The notes under the pieces: generated by a model | What the model was told of the DNA's origin: nothing | Seen by the model: only the letters and a program-made list of their open reading frames with translations | Databases searched by the model: none | Translations under genes and position numbers: made by a program | Shown here: piece after piece, positions 61,401 through 64,000 of the stretch | Position numbering within the stretch: position 1 is the first letter of the stretch | Layout: every line of letters begins with the position of its first letter | Assembly: GCF_002113885.1 (NCBI RefSeq) | Contig: NW_018408710.1 | Location: 553,902 to 617,901, forward strand | Source of the DNA: Mizuhopecten yessoensis | Taxonomy: Eukaryota | Length of the DNA: 64,000 bases | Direction: 5' to 3'

Positions 61401-63746
61401 TACCGATCGTTACCATAACGATACTGATGACACCAACTAGAACACATATCGTTGTAACGGCGATTCCTGTGGCTGTTTGTATCCAGGGTGTACTGTCTTC
61501 GGCCGAGCTGGTGTCGTAAAGTGGAATCTGCTGAATAACATACGGATCCCATGAAGTCCCTGCAGATCATATGGAAATAGAAAAACAGAAACACTGGATT
61601 AAATATTAGTCGTTTGTACTATACCCTATACTTCTGTCGTCAAACACTCGTTCCAAGTCATTTATTATTAGGAACACCCAAACGAAAATTGCTGGTATGT
61701 GTAAAACGATATCGTTATATCAAAATCCATCTTAAAGTGAATGGTGCTGAAGCAGACTAGTAATACCTATAACACTTGCTGAAGGGGTCCCCGCCGTGTC
61801 TGTGGCAACAAATCCCTGGGCGGCCGATGCACTGAGGAACACCTTTTCTGAAGCGATGTTACTAACAGAATCTGTCGTATCATCTTGTAGCACATACATA
61901 TGCACAATAATCAAACTGAAAGAATAAAATTTAGGACTTTTCATGAATTCATTTTTTAGATCAGATGTAATGAAAAATTAAATATTTGCGGAAAACTTTT
62001 GTATAAATACTTGAATTTAAAAGAAATCGATAAGTTACTATTGTCATTAGAAATAAAAATGTTTTTTTTTTGGTTCAATACTTTATTGTACATGTAACTG
62101 GATTCTCACCTTCCGGACGATTCCACTATACACCATCGTTTGACTGAGGCAGTGGGATATGTCACCTGGTACACAGCATCCAACTGACCAATAAAAGTAC
62201 TTTCTACCGACTCAAAGTAGGTTTTGTTAATTCCTAAGTAGAATGAAATAATTACAAGTGAAGGGGTATACGCATCTATACGAATCGTCGAACTGGTACT
62301 GGTAAGCTGTGGGCTTCCGCCGTCGTGAGAATAGGCATAGGTAATGTACTTCTTTCCGCTGGACAATGTCGAGGTCCGAGTAATTTCGCCTGCGATTGTA
62401 TAAAATATTAATGTCAAACATTGACGGATAAAGCCATAAGTAAAAGCAACTTTGTTATCAGTTGAATATAATATTTATGTGTTATCAATGCCAACGTTAA
62501 TTAGTGAGGTCAATACGTACCTGTGCTAGAGTCCAGTGTGAAGTCACTGTTGGTGGTTGTGAAGTAATAATACAATTGTGCGTTTGCACCTTCGTCCGCG
62601 TCCGAAGCTGTCAGTGTTACGATGGTGGGATTACAAGAACCTGTATACGGTACCTCCCCGTTGTAGTAAGTGGGAGAAAATAGCGGGGAATTGTCATTCT
62701 CGTCTCCCACTGTTACCATAAGAGTTGTGGATCCGGTTCTAGGTGTGGTGCCCGTATCCACAGCCAGAACAACTACAGTAAATGTCGCATCTACTTCCCG
62801 ATCAATCGAGGATTTCACTTCCACGAGACCTGTAGACGAACCGATGGTCAAATACAGATCTGCTCTAGCACCGGCTGTTGTAGAGGTGTCAAAGGAATAC
62901 ACAATGACTGCATTGACACCTGTGTCTGCATCAGTAGCCGACATTGTTGTTATCGATGTGGCAACAGCAGTATTTTCTGTCACGGTTGCCGAGTAAGTTG
63001 TACTAGCAAATGTTGGGTCGTTATCATTCAGATCGTTTATGGTTATGGTAACATTCGTGTCAGACGACAGAACAGGTGTTCCCGAATCCTGGACACGGCA
63101 CCATATCACGTACGTGTCCGCACTTTCTCGGTCGAGGCTCGCACTTGTTGTTATTACGCCTGTTGATGTGTCAATTGTTACAGGGTTCGATCCACCTGAC
63201 CAGTAGCCTATGATATTGTAACTTATTGCCGAGTTAACCCCTGTGTCTGCATCCGTAGCTGCTATAGTGCCAACACTTGTGGTCGTAGCGACATTTTCGT
63301 CCACTGTAAATGTATAAGGTGCAGCTGTCCATGCCGGAGTGTTATCATTCAAGTCACCAATAGTAACTGTGCATGTAACACTAGCTGTTCTTGCCGTGGC
63401 GCCATTGTCAACAACATACACCACTAGTAAATAGGCCGATGTGGTTTCTCTATCCAATGTATTTACTGTTTGTAATATTCCTGTTCCGACCTCTATCTTG
63501 AAGTCTGAGTTGGTATTTCCCGAGTTGATTGAGTATGATAACTGGCTATTCTGTCCATCGTCTGGGTCAGTGGCAGTGATTGAGAAGACGACGGTGTTGA
63601 CGGCGGTGTCCTCGTCTATAGTGGTGTCATAAGTACCAGATATACTGGGGTCGTTGTCGTTCACGTCTATCAGGGAGATGGTTACAGTAGAGGTACCGGT
63701 AAGAGGGGTGGCGCCTTTGTCAGTGGCAAGAATCACCATGTCATAA
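58456..63746 (-). CDS. Non-classical cadherin (cadherin-23/Fat-like annotation class), 3' part: last EC repeats, membrane-proximal domain, TM, cytoplasmic tail; 5' part beyond window end
   Basis: Exons (minus): 62521-63746, 62110-62389, 61767-61915, 61376-61559, 60097-60200, 59628-59671, 59072-59201, 58456-58574 (TAA), phases consistent. Cadherin Ca-binding motifs DxNDNxP x4, LDRE/IDRE, AxDxD. TM segment GIAVTTICVLVGVISIVMVTIGIV followed by KYYR. Confidence 0.9.
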
Positions 63747-64000
63747 CTGAAATTCACGGAGTAATAATGTGTTTCAAATTCACAAATAAAAATACATGTA
63801 ATGCCATAAAAATAAGTAAAGTTATCCTCGTGGTTTTCTAATTTTATCTGATTGACGTTTAATTTCCAAGAATAAAGTGGGAAATCACAATACTTTTAAA
63901 CATGCTATTCTTCAGGTTTGTAATTAAAGATGTTACCAAACACATTATACCTCTGACATGTGTTAGAGCTACCTTTCTTAAAGAAAAAATAATAATGATA

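Noticed and set aside
62670-63632. Plus-strand ORFs 62670-62996 and 63441-63632
   Set aside because: Antisense shadows of the cadherin exon.

Overview
AT-rich, intron-rich animal genomic DNA. The SINE/MITE content and gene structure suggest a mollusc, probably a bivalve; this is inferred, not proven. Five spliced protein-coding genes were reconstructed by hand with consistent exon phases. (1) RTCB RNA ligase, minus strand, 3' end runs off the window start. (2) HAL histidine ammonia-lyase, plus strand, complete, 22 coding exons, 656 aa, with two U12-type introns and a C-terminal NLS-like motif. (3,4) A head-to-head inverted pair of intact ACC-synthase-like (ACCS family) PLP enzymes, 13 exons each. 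(5) The 3' end of a non-classical cadherin, minus strand, whose cytoplasmic tail carries a PPPY motif and a WW-like module. The most unusual structure is in RTCB: two introns hold tandem arrays copied from the upstream exon/intron junction. In the larger array (about 36 units, 2.2-4.2 kb) each 49-56 nt unit reads as a complete GTAAGT...pyrimidine tract...CAG mini-intron, giving a ladder of recursive-splice-like AG|GT sites. The rest of the window is degraded LINE, SINEs, MITEs/hairpins and a 26-bp minisatellite. No prokaryotic operon, CRISPR, rRNA or true tRNA gene was seen.
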